A DNA stretch of 64,000 nucleotides from Lama glama. Lineage: Eukaryota. The stretch lies in contig CM052817.1 of NCBI GenBank assembly GCA_028534125.1, positions 12,650,001 through 12,714,000 on the forward strand, in the 5' to 3' direction. Shown piece after piece: positions 1 through 12,090 of this stretch. The notes under the pieces were generated by a model. It had not been told where the DNA came from, did not search any database, and worked only from the letters and a program-made list of their open reading frames with translations. Numbering within the stretch: position 1 is the first letter of the stretch; every line of letters starts with the position of its first letter. A program made the position numbers and the translations under genes.

Positions 1-1004
1 TAACATCTCTGTGAATATTTAAAGTACTCACTAATAAATTGGCATAAAAATTCTGCCCTCCTAGCACTGAGTTTGAGCTAGTATTTTCCACTGTGCTACC
101 TTGGGATGATTACAATATTACAGTTTTTGTGAAAAATGGATAACCTCAGATAACATCTCTGAGGTCAGTTCAAAAACTATGATTTAGAAGAGAAATTCAA
201 ATTTGAAATTATCTTACTTTTCTTTGTGTCTTTTTATTAGCTGACTGTGTGCAATTGGAAAGAAAGATACTATTCAAAAAATAATTACCAAGGCAGAAAA
301 AAAATTTATCATCTTTCAAAGGTGTTGAGAAGAAGAAAAAAAGTTAAATGTTGGCAACCCAGCAGTCTGGAAACTTTGTTAAGGCTTTGGCTTTGAAATT
401 TGAATATGAACTGTAGGAGAGCACTCAGGAAAAGAGTGAAATAAGCAGGTTTCATTGTATTTAATTTGGCTTCTGAAATGTAACATGATGGAACTTGTAA
501 CCTGGAAATATTTTCTTAGGTATAGTCACTAGGGAAGGTAAGCATAATTACAGCTGTTCAGACTTCTTGCAAACCAAATTGGCGTTATGGACAATTAATC
601 TTTTGAAACATTAAGATAACTCTGTAATTTCTCACTTTTATAAAAAGTAAGAGGAAGGCAGCATAAATCAAACTTTAGCCAGTAGGCCAGAAGTTTACTT
701 AATTGACAGTGGAAGACGAAGTGTCACTAAATTTTTATTACACTGGGGCAACTCGTAAGTCAGAAGTCTATGTAGTCCTGAACGTGCATAATTATGTCCT
801 AATTCTTACCTACCAAAGAGACTCATAAATTGGGAATATGGTTTTTTTCCTCTGGTTCTTTTTATTGTAATTTGGGTTGAGATAACTAAACAAATGGTTG
901 GGATTTCTTAGAATAAAGTGATATCATGACATACTCTCTCCAGATGCATGTGGAATGTGCTATGCTGCTTGCAACCCTCTAGGGAAACAGATAAACCATC
1001 TGGC

Positions 1005-1220
1005 AAAAGAAGGAAAGAGAGAGAGAAGGAGAGAGAAAGAGAGAAAGAAAGAGAGAGAAAGAGAGAGAGAAAGGGAGGAAGGAAGGAAGGGAGAAAGAAA
1101 GAAAGAAAAGAAAGAAGGAAGGAATGAAAGAAAAGAAGGAAATAAAGAAAAAGAAGGAGAGAAAGAAAGGGAAAGAAAGAGAAAGAGAGAAAGAAAGGAA
1201 GAAAGTAGAAAAGAAGAAAA
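1005..1220 (+). repeat. Purine-rich (GA/GAAA/GGAA) low-complexity tract
   Basis: About 215 bp of almost pure A/G. It explains the E/R/K-rich and F/L/S-rich ORFs at 955-1314. Confidence 0.97.
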
Positions 1221-1309
1221 CCATGGTTTTGGTGGACTTGAATTGGAAATAAGGAGGTTATATATTAGAGTTGGAAAAGTCAATATATATTTTAAATCAA
1301 ATTATTTAG

Positions 1310-2037
1310 TGTGATATAATAAGAAATATATTTAATCTTGGCACAACATTTCTCAAGCCTTTGGGGTTCCTTGAGTGACAGGAGTGTCTTCTGCCCTACA
1401 TTAGGAGCCCCTTTTGAGTTCATGCTAAAGAAGTTCCTTAGGGCGGGGCCCCCAGGTAACCTCAGTAAGGGGCTGGACACCAGAGAGACCAGGTGGTTAG
1501 AAGGCTGGGACTTTCAGCCCCACCCACCAGCCTCTGAGAGGGTGAAGGGGAGTGGCTGCAGATTAAGCTCCATAAAAACTCTTGATGAGCTTCCAGATTT
1601 GTGAGCCAGAATGTATCCATGTGCCAAGAAGGTGGTACACCTCAGACTCACAGGGACAGAAGCCCCTGTGTTTGGGACTCTTTGGACTTTTCCCTGTATA
1701 TCGCTTCATCTGGCTGTTTATTTGTATTCTTTAATATCCTCGGTAATAAACCGGTAATCTAGTAAGTAAACTGGCTTCTGTGTGCTGCTCTAGGAAATTA
1801 ACGGAAACCAAGAAGGGGTTCATGAGAACCTCCAATTTATAGCCAGTCAGTCAGAGTAACAACCTGAACTTGCAACTGTCATTTGAAGCAGGGGCGGCCT
1901 TGTAGGATTCAGCCCTTAAACTATAGGATCTGATACTGCTTCCAGGTAGATAGTGTCAGAATTGAGTTAAATTTGTGGAACACCCAATCAGTGTCTGCTG
2001 GGAATCGGAGAATTGTTTGGTGATATGAAAACACACA
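1310..2037 (+). mobile_element. MER21-family ERVL-type solo LTR
   Basis: Starts TGTGATATAATAAGAAATATAT. Contains GGGACTTTCAGCCCCACCC, GGGACAGAAGCCCCTGTGTTTGGGAC, an AATAAA near 1745 and TCCAGGTAGATAGTGTCAGAATTGAGTT, all matching the recalled MER21 consensus. Confidence 0.85.
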
Positions 2038-2779
2038 CTGTGGACTTACCATTAAAGAAATAAATTAAATTGCCTTAAATGATGTCCAATTGGATTAGGG
2101 GCAGATATACAAATGAAAGTCTCAGTGTAAAGCTATGCTGAAAAAATTGTCAAAGTAAGGTAGGATAGTGACCTGTGATACTCTGACACCTTTGCTGAAA
2201 GTCAGAACTGGCTCTTAGGTGAGTTCCGTATAAAGGTCTGAAATACACAGATTGGTGTACGCAGCTCCCAATTATGTGCCCACACTTAACAGAGAGAAGC
2301 TAATTACCTTGACCATACGCTTCCTCCCTTTTTCATTGGGAGTCTCTCATGCTTAGCCTTTGCCCTCGTCCTGTACACAGTTTCTTTTAATTGCCCCCTT
2401 ACTATCAAATGAAAGGGAAATATTGCTGTAGGGTTGGGTGGAAATTATAGGGTTTTCAACATTCCCCAGATGGGCCAGCTCCTGATTTAGAGGCTTTGCT
2501 TTCCAGAATGTAAGTCTGAAGGCTGTGGCCGAGTTCCTAACCCTGAGATCTATGAACAACAGCACAGCATGTGGCTTGGAAAACATGACTTTATGCAAAA
2601 TCCCTGAAGTAAAAGCAGGAACTCTGGCTTCCCGGTCCTTCAGCTATGTGGCCGTGGCATGTAACCTCGCTCACCCTCGACTCTAAAACAAGTTCTTTGG
2701 GCTAGTTAACCTTCTCCTGTCTCTTTGAGTTATAACTTTTCTCTTACATCTACCTTTAGATGAGGTTCCATCTCCTTTT

Positions 2780-3032
2780 CAAGTCTTCTTTCCCCTTTAT
2801 CCCTATCCACTCCCAAGAGTGAGTTAAGTGCATTCTCCCATCAAAATATGTGTTATTATAATTCGCATTCACCTATGCATTTTCTCTAGATCATAGACCT
2901 GATGCCTATGGACAGAGACACTGCCTCTCAGAGACTCATTTTTAGAACATCAGTTCTTTGCATGTGTCCAGCCCATGGCAGGCACTCCATAACCAGAGTG
3001 ATTCAAATAATTTGAGAAAAGAAAATGAATGA
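2780..3032 (+). mobile_element. L2 3' end fragment (decayed)
   Basis: Degenerate L2 tail pattern (cccatggcaggcactccataa ... aatgaatgat). Confidence 0.45.
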
Positions 3033-3175
3033 TGTAATGACATCAATCACTCAAACAACAGTTTCAAACAACAATGAAACTAATTTGTTTTCTTGATCTG
3101 AGTCCAATATTGGTATTGGAGGGGCCTAGAAGGTAAAAGAATATGCCTTTCTCATTGCACACATGATGATATAAA

Positions 3176-3415
3176 CACTAATAACTAAAATAACTTGAGT
3201 GCTTAGTGTAGACCTATGAATGAAATTATCTTACTGAATAGGCACAACAAACTTCTGAGATAGGTATAATTAATATTATCACTGTAATGACAAGAAAATT
3301 GAGATTTAGAGTTATGTAATGTGCTCAAAGTTTCACGGCTAGGGAGCAGTGAAGCCTGAATTTGTGGTTAATCTGACGCCAAAACCATTGTTTAACTGCT
3401 ATGGAATTCTGCCTC
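3176..3415 (-). mobile_element. MIR SINE
   Basis: Reverse MIR core (gaaaattgagatttagag-ttatgtaatgtgctcaaagtttcacggctag ... tctgacgccaaaacc). Confidence 0.75.
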
Positions 3416-3759
3416 CAGGCTTCAAGTTTTACAGCCAACTAGTGGGTGAGTTAGGGATCCAGTCCTAAACTTCCCCTTCCAGCATGTTTTGTCGATCTTC
3501 ATGAAAACAGGATCTGCTCATAACTAACCATAATTAGAATTATCCGCCCATAGGTTTATTGAAAGTGGGCTAAACTTAACTCTGTAGAAGTGGCCTTTGT
3601 AACATGTGAGTTAATGAACTTTTAGATGCGCTAAATCCAAAATTTTCCTGAGACAGTTCCAGCCACAAACAACAGCAGAGCATCAGTAACTACAAAAGAC
3701 TATGCAGAAATTAGGTGGCTGATCTAACCATGATATTTTCATTTTATCAGAAAAGAAGT

Positions 3760-3913
3760 GGGGGGTGGGTATAGCTCAGCGGTAGAGCACGTGCTTAGCA
3801 TGCACGAGGTCCTGGGTTCAATTCCCAGTCCCTCTATTAAATAAATGAATAAACCTAATTACCTCCCCCCCCCCCCACTGAAAATAAAATAAATAAATAA
3901 ATAATTTAAAAAG
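3760..3913 (+). mobile_element. Camelid Vic-1-type tRNA-Ala(AGC)-derived SINE
   Basis: tRNA-Ala head with A box TAGCTCAGCGG and B box GGTTCAATTCC, followed by the ATAAACCTAATTACCTCCCC body and an A-rich tail. Same structure as the copies at 38284 and 50431. Confidence 0.92.
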
Positions 3914-5199
3914 GAAAAGCAGCTACAATTAGGAAATACGATGTGGTCAGATGTTTCCAGATGTAACACGATAATGGCCAAGGATGCACCTTAAAAGGGG
4001 AAATGGGTTTTAATTGAGAGAAATAAATACATATTTGCTTGCGTGGGGTGTACGTGTGTGTATTGTATGGAAAGTAATAAACAATATACTCCACATATGT
4101 GTAGATATGTCTAAAGAGTGTCTGAAGTGAGGTAATTGTTTATTCTTTCCCTATGTATGAATATCACCATGAATCTCTTTTCTCACGTCTTGCTTGCTAG
4201 ATGCCTTCGGTAATGACATGACGCGACTTGTGCAGGTTTTCTTTTGCCTGTTTATGTAGCAAGCGAGCTCCGCTCCCTCCCTGCTGGACACTTTTTGTGT
4301 TTTGCTTCATCACTTTCCATGGAGATGGTGCCATCCCCTGAAGGCGGGGACGTACGCCCTTTTATGGTGGCCTTGGCTTCTGAACAACCATTTTGCACTA
4401 AGCTGGGAACCAGGGGCCTCTAAGCCCTGCTGTGAATCTAACTTTTCTGCTGGATAATGCCTATGGTGTTGGAAACGATAACATTCAGCAAAGATGTTTT
4501 CATTAAGTGTCTTTTGCCCAGCCACTGATAGGAAAATAGTGCAAGAAGTAAAAAAGAAAAAAAAAAAACTCCTTTCCATTTAAGCTTATTAAATATTCAA
4601 GTGATTCCTCAAATATACTCAGCCTTGCTGTGGCTTCATTAAAGTGCAGCTCCATTGCGTTTTACGATGGAACACGGGTACAATGCGCTTCCTGCAGTGG
4701 CTACCCACAAGCAAATAGATTGCTGCATTCCTCACCAGCCGACGTTCAAAAGTGGCCCGAAGTCGAGGGTATTATAGTAATCAAGGCCGCAGGTTAGAGG
4801 CATGGATAATGATGGCAAAATCCACATCAGTGAAAAAAGAGGCCGCAACTTCCTCATCGAGTGCAGATGGAAACCACAAACAGCTATTTCTAGTCAAGGC
4901 TTAGCATCCCTTATGCAAGAAGTCACTTCTAAAGACCTGAGTCAGAAAGCCTGTGTGTCCATCAGGAGCCCACGTTCACTAGGGACAGTATTTGAAATGA
5001 TCAAAAATGATTATTTTTAAGACTATGTCAAAAAAAAAAAACCCAAATGACCTACTGTCTACCATGAAATGACAAATGAAAAGCAAACAACAACATAGAG
5101 GAATCAAGGGCACTTAGGAGCTGGAACTGCAGTCACTAAGAGGATGAAGTCCTGGGGACCAGAGATCAGAAAAACATAGCCGGCTGTGAAAGCTGCAAC

Positions 5200-5440
5200 A
5201 ATGCGCTTCATTGTTTAGGTAACTGCTATATGCCAGGCATTTCCCACAGGTTTTTATTTATATTATTTTATATAATTCTGAAAACCATCCAGATATATAG
5301 ATATCTGTACACATTTATAGATAGGCAAACAAGGCCAATAGCAAAAAGTGAGTGATTTACCCAACGTCATTGACTAGATGAGAATTTAAAACTATCGTCT
5401 TTTGAACTCCAGGTACTTTGCATTATGCTGCATTGCTTTC
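5200..5440 (-). mobile_element. MIR SINE
   Basis: tatatgccaggcat ... catttatagataggcaaacaaggc ... gtgatttacccaacgtca, a decayed reverse MIR. Confidence 0.6.
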
Positions 5441-6706
5441 TCGTGGCAAATGATGTTTGGTTGAATGATAAAATGATACATATTTTTAATCTCATTTATT
5501 TTTCTGCTTTTATTATACTGACTTTAAAAGTTTAAATCTGCTTTGGACCATGCAGAAACACCGTATTCATGCCTAGATGGAAGATTTCAGCCTCAGTTCG
5601 TGGGGCTTTCTCTTACTGAAATGCACATTCTGAGTCATGCTGGAGCTTGTTTTTCATCAGCTTTAGTTCAGATTGCCTGTCTTTCTCGAGTACCACCTGA
5701 ACACAAGCCCACAGTCAACAATTAGCCCAGAAGACTCAGTTGTGACGGGGAATACGCACTACACTTTTTGAAAGGAGATTTTGAATCTGCACAGGGACAT
5801 GTGATGTTCTTTTCCACAAAGTCTCTGTAAGAACTAATGCTGTGTTAGGATCATTGCTTCCAGAGGTCTCAGAAGTCAACATAATTATGTGGGCAGGATT
5901 TAGTTGTACTGAGAATACAATAAAACAGCCCTGAAAAGCATTAGTGATAAAGTCACTCGAAATAAACTTAGCCCCTGCATTGGCCCCACAGATATAACAA
6001 TTCTAGAAGGAACTACCTGTAATTTTAGATTGTGGTCAGTTTTTTATTCATTCATATATTTCATAAATAGTTGTCGTGAGCCTGCTCATTGCTCCGTATT
6101 CTTCCAGACCATTGGAAAGGAAGGCCCAGCGATTGCCATCAATAAACTGATGGAAACTTAGAGGAAACAGAAATAAATAAGTGATTGCAATACAATTACA
6201 AAAAGATCAATCAGAAGATTAGTCTGTTGGCAAATATTAAAATGCTAGTTCTTCAAAAAGAGAAGGAAATGTAGGGAAAACAGTCTTGGGCCTTCCAGAC
6301 CACTACCTGTCACAATCAGAATGCTTAGATGTGTTTTGTTTCTCTTCATTGTCACTTGGCCAGCACTCACGCTACCCCTGAAAATCCAGTAAATTAGTGT
6401 TAATGCAGTCTCTAAGGAAACGAATCGGTGCGCTCAGCCTAGTGTACTGAGTAACTGCTTTGTGGCAAAATGCCAATAATAATTTCTTCAATATATTAAT
6501 TCACCCCACTACTTCTTTTACGAAGGATAGTTTTGAATAAATCAACGACCAAGTAGAGAAAAATAGTGGGGAGTCCAAAAGATCTAAAGTAATGAAGAAT
6601 CTTAGGGAGCTGGAATTCAAAGGGGACTTAAGGATGACTTTGTCTAACCCATTTATTAATTTGGTTTAAGAATTTCCTCTTAACATCAAAGAAAGGAAAA
6701 AAAAAC

Positions 6707-6730
6707 TGTGTGTGTGTGTGTGTGTGTGTG
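6707..6730 (+). repeat. (TG)12 microsatellite
   Basis: Read directly from the sequence. Confidence 0.97.
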
Positions 6731-6930
6731 TATCTGTGGGTGAGTATCCAGTTGTGCCAGGTTCTTTGCTAGGCATTCTGTGGGTTTAGAAGTGGGCTCA
6801 AAAGATGGGGCAGAGTGGACTTAGGGAGAGAAGGCAGATACATAGATGCAAAGATTTGACCTCTATCCTCAAGGAGTATACGGTTGAATGGCCCCATTAT
6901 GAATAAGTAAGTATACCAAAAGAAGCATAC

Positions 6931-7430
6931 NNNNNNNNNNNNNNNNNNNNNNNNNNNNNNNNNNNNNNNNNNNNNNNNNNNNNNNNNNNNNNNNNNNNNN
7001 NNNNNNNNNNNNNNNNNNNNNNNNNNNNNNNNNNNNNNNNNNNNNNNNNNNNNNNNNNNNNNNNNNNNNNNNNNNNNNNNNNNNNNNNNNNNNNNNNNNN
7101 NNNNNNNNNNNNNNNNNNNNNNNNNNNNNNNNNNNNNNNNNNNNNNNNNNNNNNNNNNNNNNNNNNNNNNNNNNNNNNNNNNNNNNNNNNNNNNNNNNNN
7201 NNNNNNNNNNNNNNNNNNNNNNNNNNNNNNNNNNNNNNNNNNNNNNNNNNNNNNNNNNNNNNNNNNNNNNNNNNNNNNNNNNNNNNNNNNNNNNNNNNNN
7301 NNNNNNNNNNNNNNNNNNNNNNNNNNNNNNNNNNNNNNNNNNNNNNNNNNNNNNNNNNNNNNNNNNNNNNNNNNNNNNNNNNNNNNNNNNNNNNNNNNNN
7401 NNNNNNNNNNNNNNNNNNNNNNNNNNNNNN
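6931..7430. other. Assembly gap (500 N)
   Basis: Exactly 500 Ns, probably a fixed-size scaffold spacer. Confidence 0.99.
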
Positions 7431-8235
7431 CCCCCATATCTTAAACTTTATTTCAAGGGTTGTAGCTGGTATAAAAAAGGCACCAACAGTGACTGCAAGA
7501 ACCAGGTACCAGGGGCTGCCTGACTCAAAAATCAATGTGCAAGCCTTGCTATGACACCTCTACAGAGTCACTAGAAAAATCAGGATGTGTTTTAATTTTA
7601 TGAACTTTATCTCAAAGGCACATTTTGTTTCTAACAGCAAACACTTCTTTGCTTACTTTATGAAGAATTACTTCAAGTGGTTTAAGAATTTTTTAACTCT
7701 CTAATCCATCTTACAACAATGTGAGGAAAGCTTACAAAATAATCACGTTTTCATCAAAATAATCCGGTGAATTACAGAAACAAACCTGTCTACGTCATAA
7801 CAATGATTTTTTGTTGTTCTTGCTATAGCACCTGAAATATTACCTGGGGATATTTTGATATTGATTTTCTCTAAGTCCAGTGAAACCATCTCAAAGACTA
7901 CGTGGAGGCTTCCATCGACCCCTCGCAGTGGAGGAGTATTATAAAGCCTGCTGTGGAAGTTATTTAAATTCCGTAGTGACAGGGCTGCAATGAAAATCAG
8001 TCAGAGTACAAACCGGGTTAATTTTATTCTGTGTAGGCAGTCTGATGTTAATTATGAGGTGTGGTAAAACTACCACTTTCTCGATGAATTGCATAATCAC
8101 CTGAATAATAATTTGAATATATTTAAGAATCCAGTTGTGTGTTAAGTATTTCAAAATGTTAAAGAGCATGAATTTTATGATTATATACAATATATGTATA
8201 TCTATATACATATATGATCATATGTATGTATATGA

Positions 8236-8470
8236 GTGGCAGCATGGAGTCCTGAAAACAGGATGGACTAGGGTTTTAAGTGTAGGATTTATTTTCTTGC
8301 TCTCCATCGATTACTGGTTGTAGAACTGTGAGCAATTTTTCTGACTTCTCTGTGAGTCCGTTTCCTCATCTATAAAATAGGGAGACCGTTGACACCTACC
8401 TCACAGGATTGTTAAGTTGGTTTAAATGAAATAAGATATGCTTAATAGACTGCATGGCACCTGCAAATGT
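8236..8470 (+). mobile_element. MIR SINE
   Basis: Core gtttcctcatctataaaataggga ... cacctacctcacaggattgtt ... ttaaatgaaataa. Confidence 0.85.
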
Positions 8471-8744
8471 TTTCTATCTAAACTCTAAATACATAATGGT
8501 ATTTTTTTTACTGGGGGGTCCTTTACATATGTGGGAGCCCTAAGCCTAAACAAAATGGAAATGTTGCTAGGGCAGGATGCCAGGACCCAGTCTCTATCCT
8601 CACTCATCACTACTGACCCAACTCCTACAGTGAACACCTGCAGAGCAACCCAGAATCAGTTTGAACACTACAAACACACACTGGATCATCTGTACCTAAA
8701 GATGAATGGTTCAGTTCCCTCTCTCTATCTCCATAGAACATGGA

Positions 8745-8960
8745 GCTATTGGGCCTCCCCTCACTTTTCAGGAGCCCAGGGCAAAGTACAAATGGAGGGC
8801 CCCTGTTACATGTCTAAGTAGTTGCAACTGAAGCTAACATTCCATTAAATAAAATGTATCTCCCCTCCTATATTTAAAAATGACCTGGAGGGCCAGACTC
8901 GAATGGAGAATTGCAAACTCCTTGGAGTTCTGGCCTCTTGTCTCTGCCCCAAGACTATCC
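8745..8960 (+). mobile_element. hAT-type (Tip100-like) non-autonomous DNA transposon fragment
   Basis: gcccagggcaaagtacaaatggagggccc ... aagctaaca ... ttaaataaaatg ... tgacctggagggccag resembles a eutherian hAT consensus end. A similar motif occurs near 28630. Confidence 0.5.
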
Positions 8961-9302
8961 CCCTTCTCTTCCAATTTCCAAGTTTATCCCGCACCACAGT
9001 GGGCTACACACACATGCAAGAAGAACACGCCAAAGCTTCATCCACACCTCACAGCCAAAGAGCCCACTTCCCTATTTACACAAGGCCAAGTGGGGAAGGA
9101 GGTTCATAATCCTCACATAGGTTTTTCTGATGTTGCTTTTGTTCCACTTGCTGGGTGTCAGGTTGATTTAGCCATCTTTGCCCACTCGGTTACTTCTAAT
9201 AACTGCAATCTTTTGACCAGGCTTTTACAAGGAAATGGAAATCATGGAGACAAAATGGAGAGAACTATTGATTTTCAACAGTCGGTGATGTATTTGAGTG
9301 TA

Positions 9303-9640
9303 TGCATTAATTAATTCAGGTTGCAATAAAAAAAAATACCACAGACTGAGTGGTTTGAACAATAGAAATTTCTTTTCTCACAGTTTTTGGAGGCTGGAAG
9401 TTCAATATCAAGGTGCCAGCAGAGTTGGTTTCTCTTGAGGCCTCACGCCTTGGCTTGTAGCTGTCTCTCTGTCACTGCGAACTCACAGGACCTTTTCTTG
9501 TGAACCTGCATTCCTGGTGTCTCTGCTATTTATAAGGACACCAGTCTTATCAGATTAGGGACCCGCCCTTACGACCTCATTTAACATTATCTCCTTAAAG
9601 GCCCTATCTCTAAATGCAGTCACACTCGGGACTTTACTTA
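9303..9640 (-). mobile_element. MaLR LTR (MLT1A/B-like)
   Basis: aataccacagactgagtggtttgaacaatagaaattt ... ggaggctggaagttcaatatcaaggtgccagcag ... tataaggacaccagtcttatcagattaggg. Confidence 0.88.
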
Positions 9641-11899
9641 TATCATTTAATGAATTGAACACAACTATATAAAGATGGAATAGTCTTCCTAGTTGATAAA
9701 TGAGGAATCTGAGTTTAAGTAAATTGCCCAGGATTATTTAAGCCAAAAACTGTGTGACACCATCACTTCGCCTTCTGGTAGATCCAATGCAGGTAGACTG
9801 AGATCTTTTTTGTCCAGAAAAAAGGTGCCTCTCTTTGCCCAGAATTGCCTAAGGCAAAGCAAAAAGAGTACATTGCCCTGCAGAATTTATTATTTGTACT
9901 TCCAATGCCCACTAATGCAGTGGTAGCAGAGGCATCCCCGAAGACCTGACCACTTCTGATTCCTGAGTTCACAACGCCAAGAAACCTGTGTAATAGAGAC
10001 GACTTTGGTAGAAATGAAAGGTAGTGTTTACGTCTTAACCACATGACTCCATACAGGACTTTCATCATAAAGAATTTGACCCCGTTCCTTTCGGTTTTAT
10101 ATTTCTTTTTCACTAATTCCTGCCACAACATACTCCTCGATGAACCTGTGAAGGTTCAGGGGAAAATGAAGTTCCAGTAAAGGTGGTCACGGTATTTAAC
10201 AAATGAGGAAATCTCATGGAGCAGAAATTGATTGAGTGAGAATGTTAGTTTGTTCTTTTATTTTTGGTGGTATTCTGAACTTCTAATCACTATATTCCGC
10301 TCACTGCTGATTCAATATGAAAAAGGGTACAACTTATCTCTGCTCTTGAAAACCTTTCTCTTCTTTGGAGGCCAGTCGCAGAGCCAAGCACTGGCCTCAG
10401 GACGCTTTGCTCGTAGGGGCATCTCTCTCCCTTCCTGGTTCCAGGTGTAGTTCTACTGGCCACGATGGAGTTGCCTCTGGGCCTGAGTTTCTCGGAAAAG
10501 GCGGCTGTTCTGGTTTGTTTAGAATATCTTTCTCCCTGAAAGCTGATTTCCTTTGACTAACCTTCAGTTCTCATTTGTAAACTAGAAAAAATGAAAGCAG
10601 AAATTTCTTTGAGCCAATTTTGTATCCCAGAAATACAAAGCAAGTCAAATATACCCTAAAGGTAATAGTCTATACCTTATAGTTAAAAATTATGAAACTG
10701 TAAGTAATCATGTAAAATGTTGTTTCCAAAATATTTGAATATTTTACTATATACAATTGCACCTTTAGAGATAGATTTAACAATAAGAATAATGTATCCC
10801 TTGGTTTTTTTTTAATGACCATTATCACTATGAGCATTATTATTACTAGCATTATGACATTAGAAAACTTTCTACTTCTCTATTAACTTATTTTTCTATT
10901 TTTTATAATACCTGAACTTCAAAATAATTTTCATAGAAAATAATGGTATCTGTGTAACCTCTGGATATTAGGAAAAATAGAAAGTTGAATTAATAGTTGG
11001 AACTATATTAAACAGATTGAATATGGACATGTTTTATAGGCCTTTAAATTAAGCTAAATTAACATAATGAATAAACTATTTAATTTTTGTTAAATAGACC
11101 ATTTATAACTTTTATATAGGTGATGAGGAGATGGGTTGAGTGGGCAGAGGGTAGAGAATAAAAACACAAATACTGTGGTGCATAGTATAGAAATAATCGT
11201 GTCAGAGGACCAGTCATTAAATCCATATGGATGACAGGCATTACAGAATTTGCTGGTCATTTCTATAGAGAGATTTTTTCAGGCCTCATAAAGTAAGAAT
11301 ATTTAAATGGGATTGAGGTAGGTTATATCATGAGCTTAGCCCAAGCTAGGCCTGGACCGAGGCAGACTGCATTGTCCCATACTCCTTGCCATTTGGTTTG
11401 CTAGCTAGTGATGACATTTCCTGTCCATCCCAATACTTTGAATTCCATGTTATGTAAGTCTTTCTTTGTCTTTGTGACATAGTTAGATAGCTAGAACCGT
11501 GATTATGTAGTTTGGGTATTTCTGCACAAGATGTCATGAAGGTCAGGGCACTGGAAAAATTCATAAAAAGTGACTTGCTGCTCTTAAAATTTATGTACAT
11601 ATATATATTTGAAGGGGGTTGGGGTTGGAGTGGGAAGGCTCTCCTGGATGGTCACTGAGTACATGGGATTTGGGATTTGGTATCAAGGGTGGGTGTTTGA
11701 TGTGGGAAGTCAGTGAGAACTATGCTGAATATGTGAGAGTTGGGGAACATGGTTGCCAAGTCCCACGAGTTCATGTATGTGGTCCAGTTACATACACACA
11801 CGTGTACACACACTCACACACACACACATATACACAAGGTTTATAAGGTAATATAAAAATATAAACTTTGCTCTCAGGTGGACCCAGATCCATGACACA

Positions 11900-12090
11900 G
11901 ATCCACCACAAAGTTATTTAAACTCTTATAGCTTCAACTTCCTCACCTGTGAAAGGAGGTTCCAAGCCCTTATTTCTGAGAATTGCTATGAAGATTAAAT
12001 TTTAAAAAAGCTATGTGCAATGTTCTCAGAGGCGTTTCTGTCACAAAGGAAGCGCCTAGTACTATATGTTCCCAGGAACATTCATGGAAT
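11900..12090 (+). mobile_element. MIR SINE fragment
   Basis: Core cttcaacttcctcacctgtgaaagg ... gaattgctatgaagattaaat. Confidence 0.6.

Noticed and set aside
955..1314. E/R/K-rich and F/L/S-rich ORFs (also at 55022-55438)
   Set aside because: They are translations of purine-rich simple repeats, which lack stop codons.
3760..3838. Apparent tRNA-Ala(AGC) genes (also at 38284 and 50431)
   Set aside because: Each has at least one broken stem and is followed by the shared SINE body and A-rich tail; two have clear TSDs.
4310..4524. Minus-strand acceptor followed by an open frame of about 70 codons
   Set aside because: The pyrimidine tract is a poly-T run, the peptide is not recognisable, and there is no supported partner exon on this side of the gap.
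6769..7535. The two longest ORFs (222 and 212 aa)
   Set aside because: They run through the N gap and are artefacts.
8880..9314. 144-aa ORF
   Set aside because: It starts in a DNA-transposon fragment, ends in an MLT1 LTR and has no recognisable domain.
9763..9850. Peptide FWTKKISVYLHWIYQKAK resembling a trypsin-like protease C-terminus
   Set aside because: No GDSGGP or other protease motifs or exons were found, so the short similarity is probably chance.
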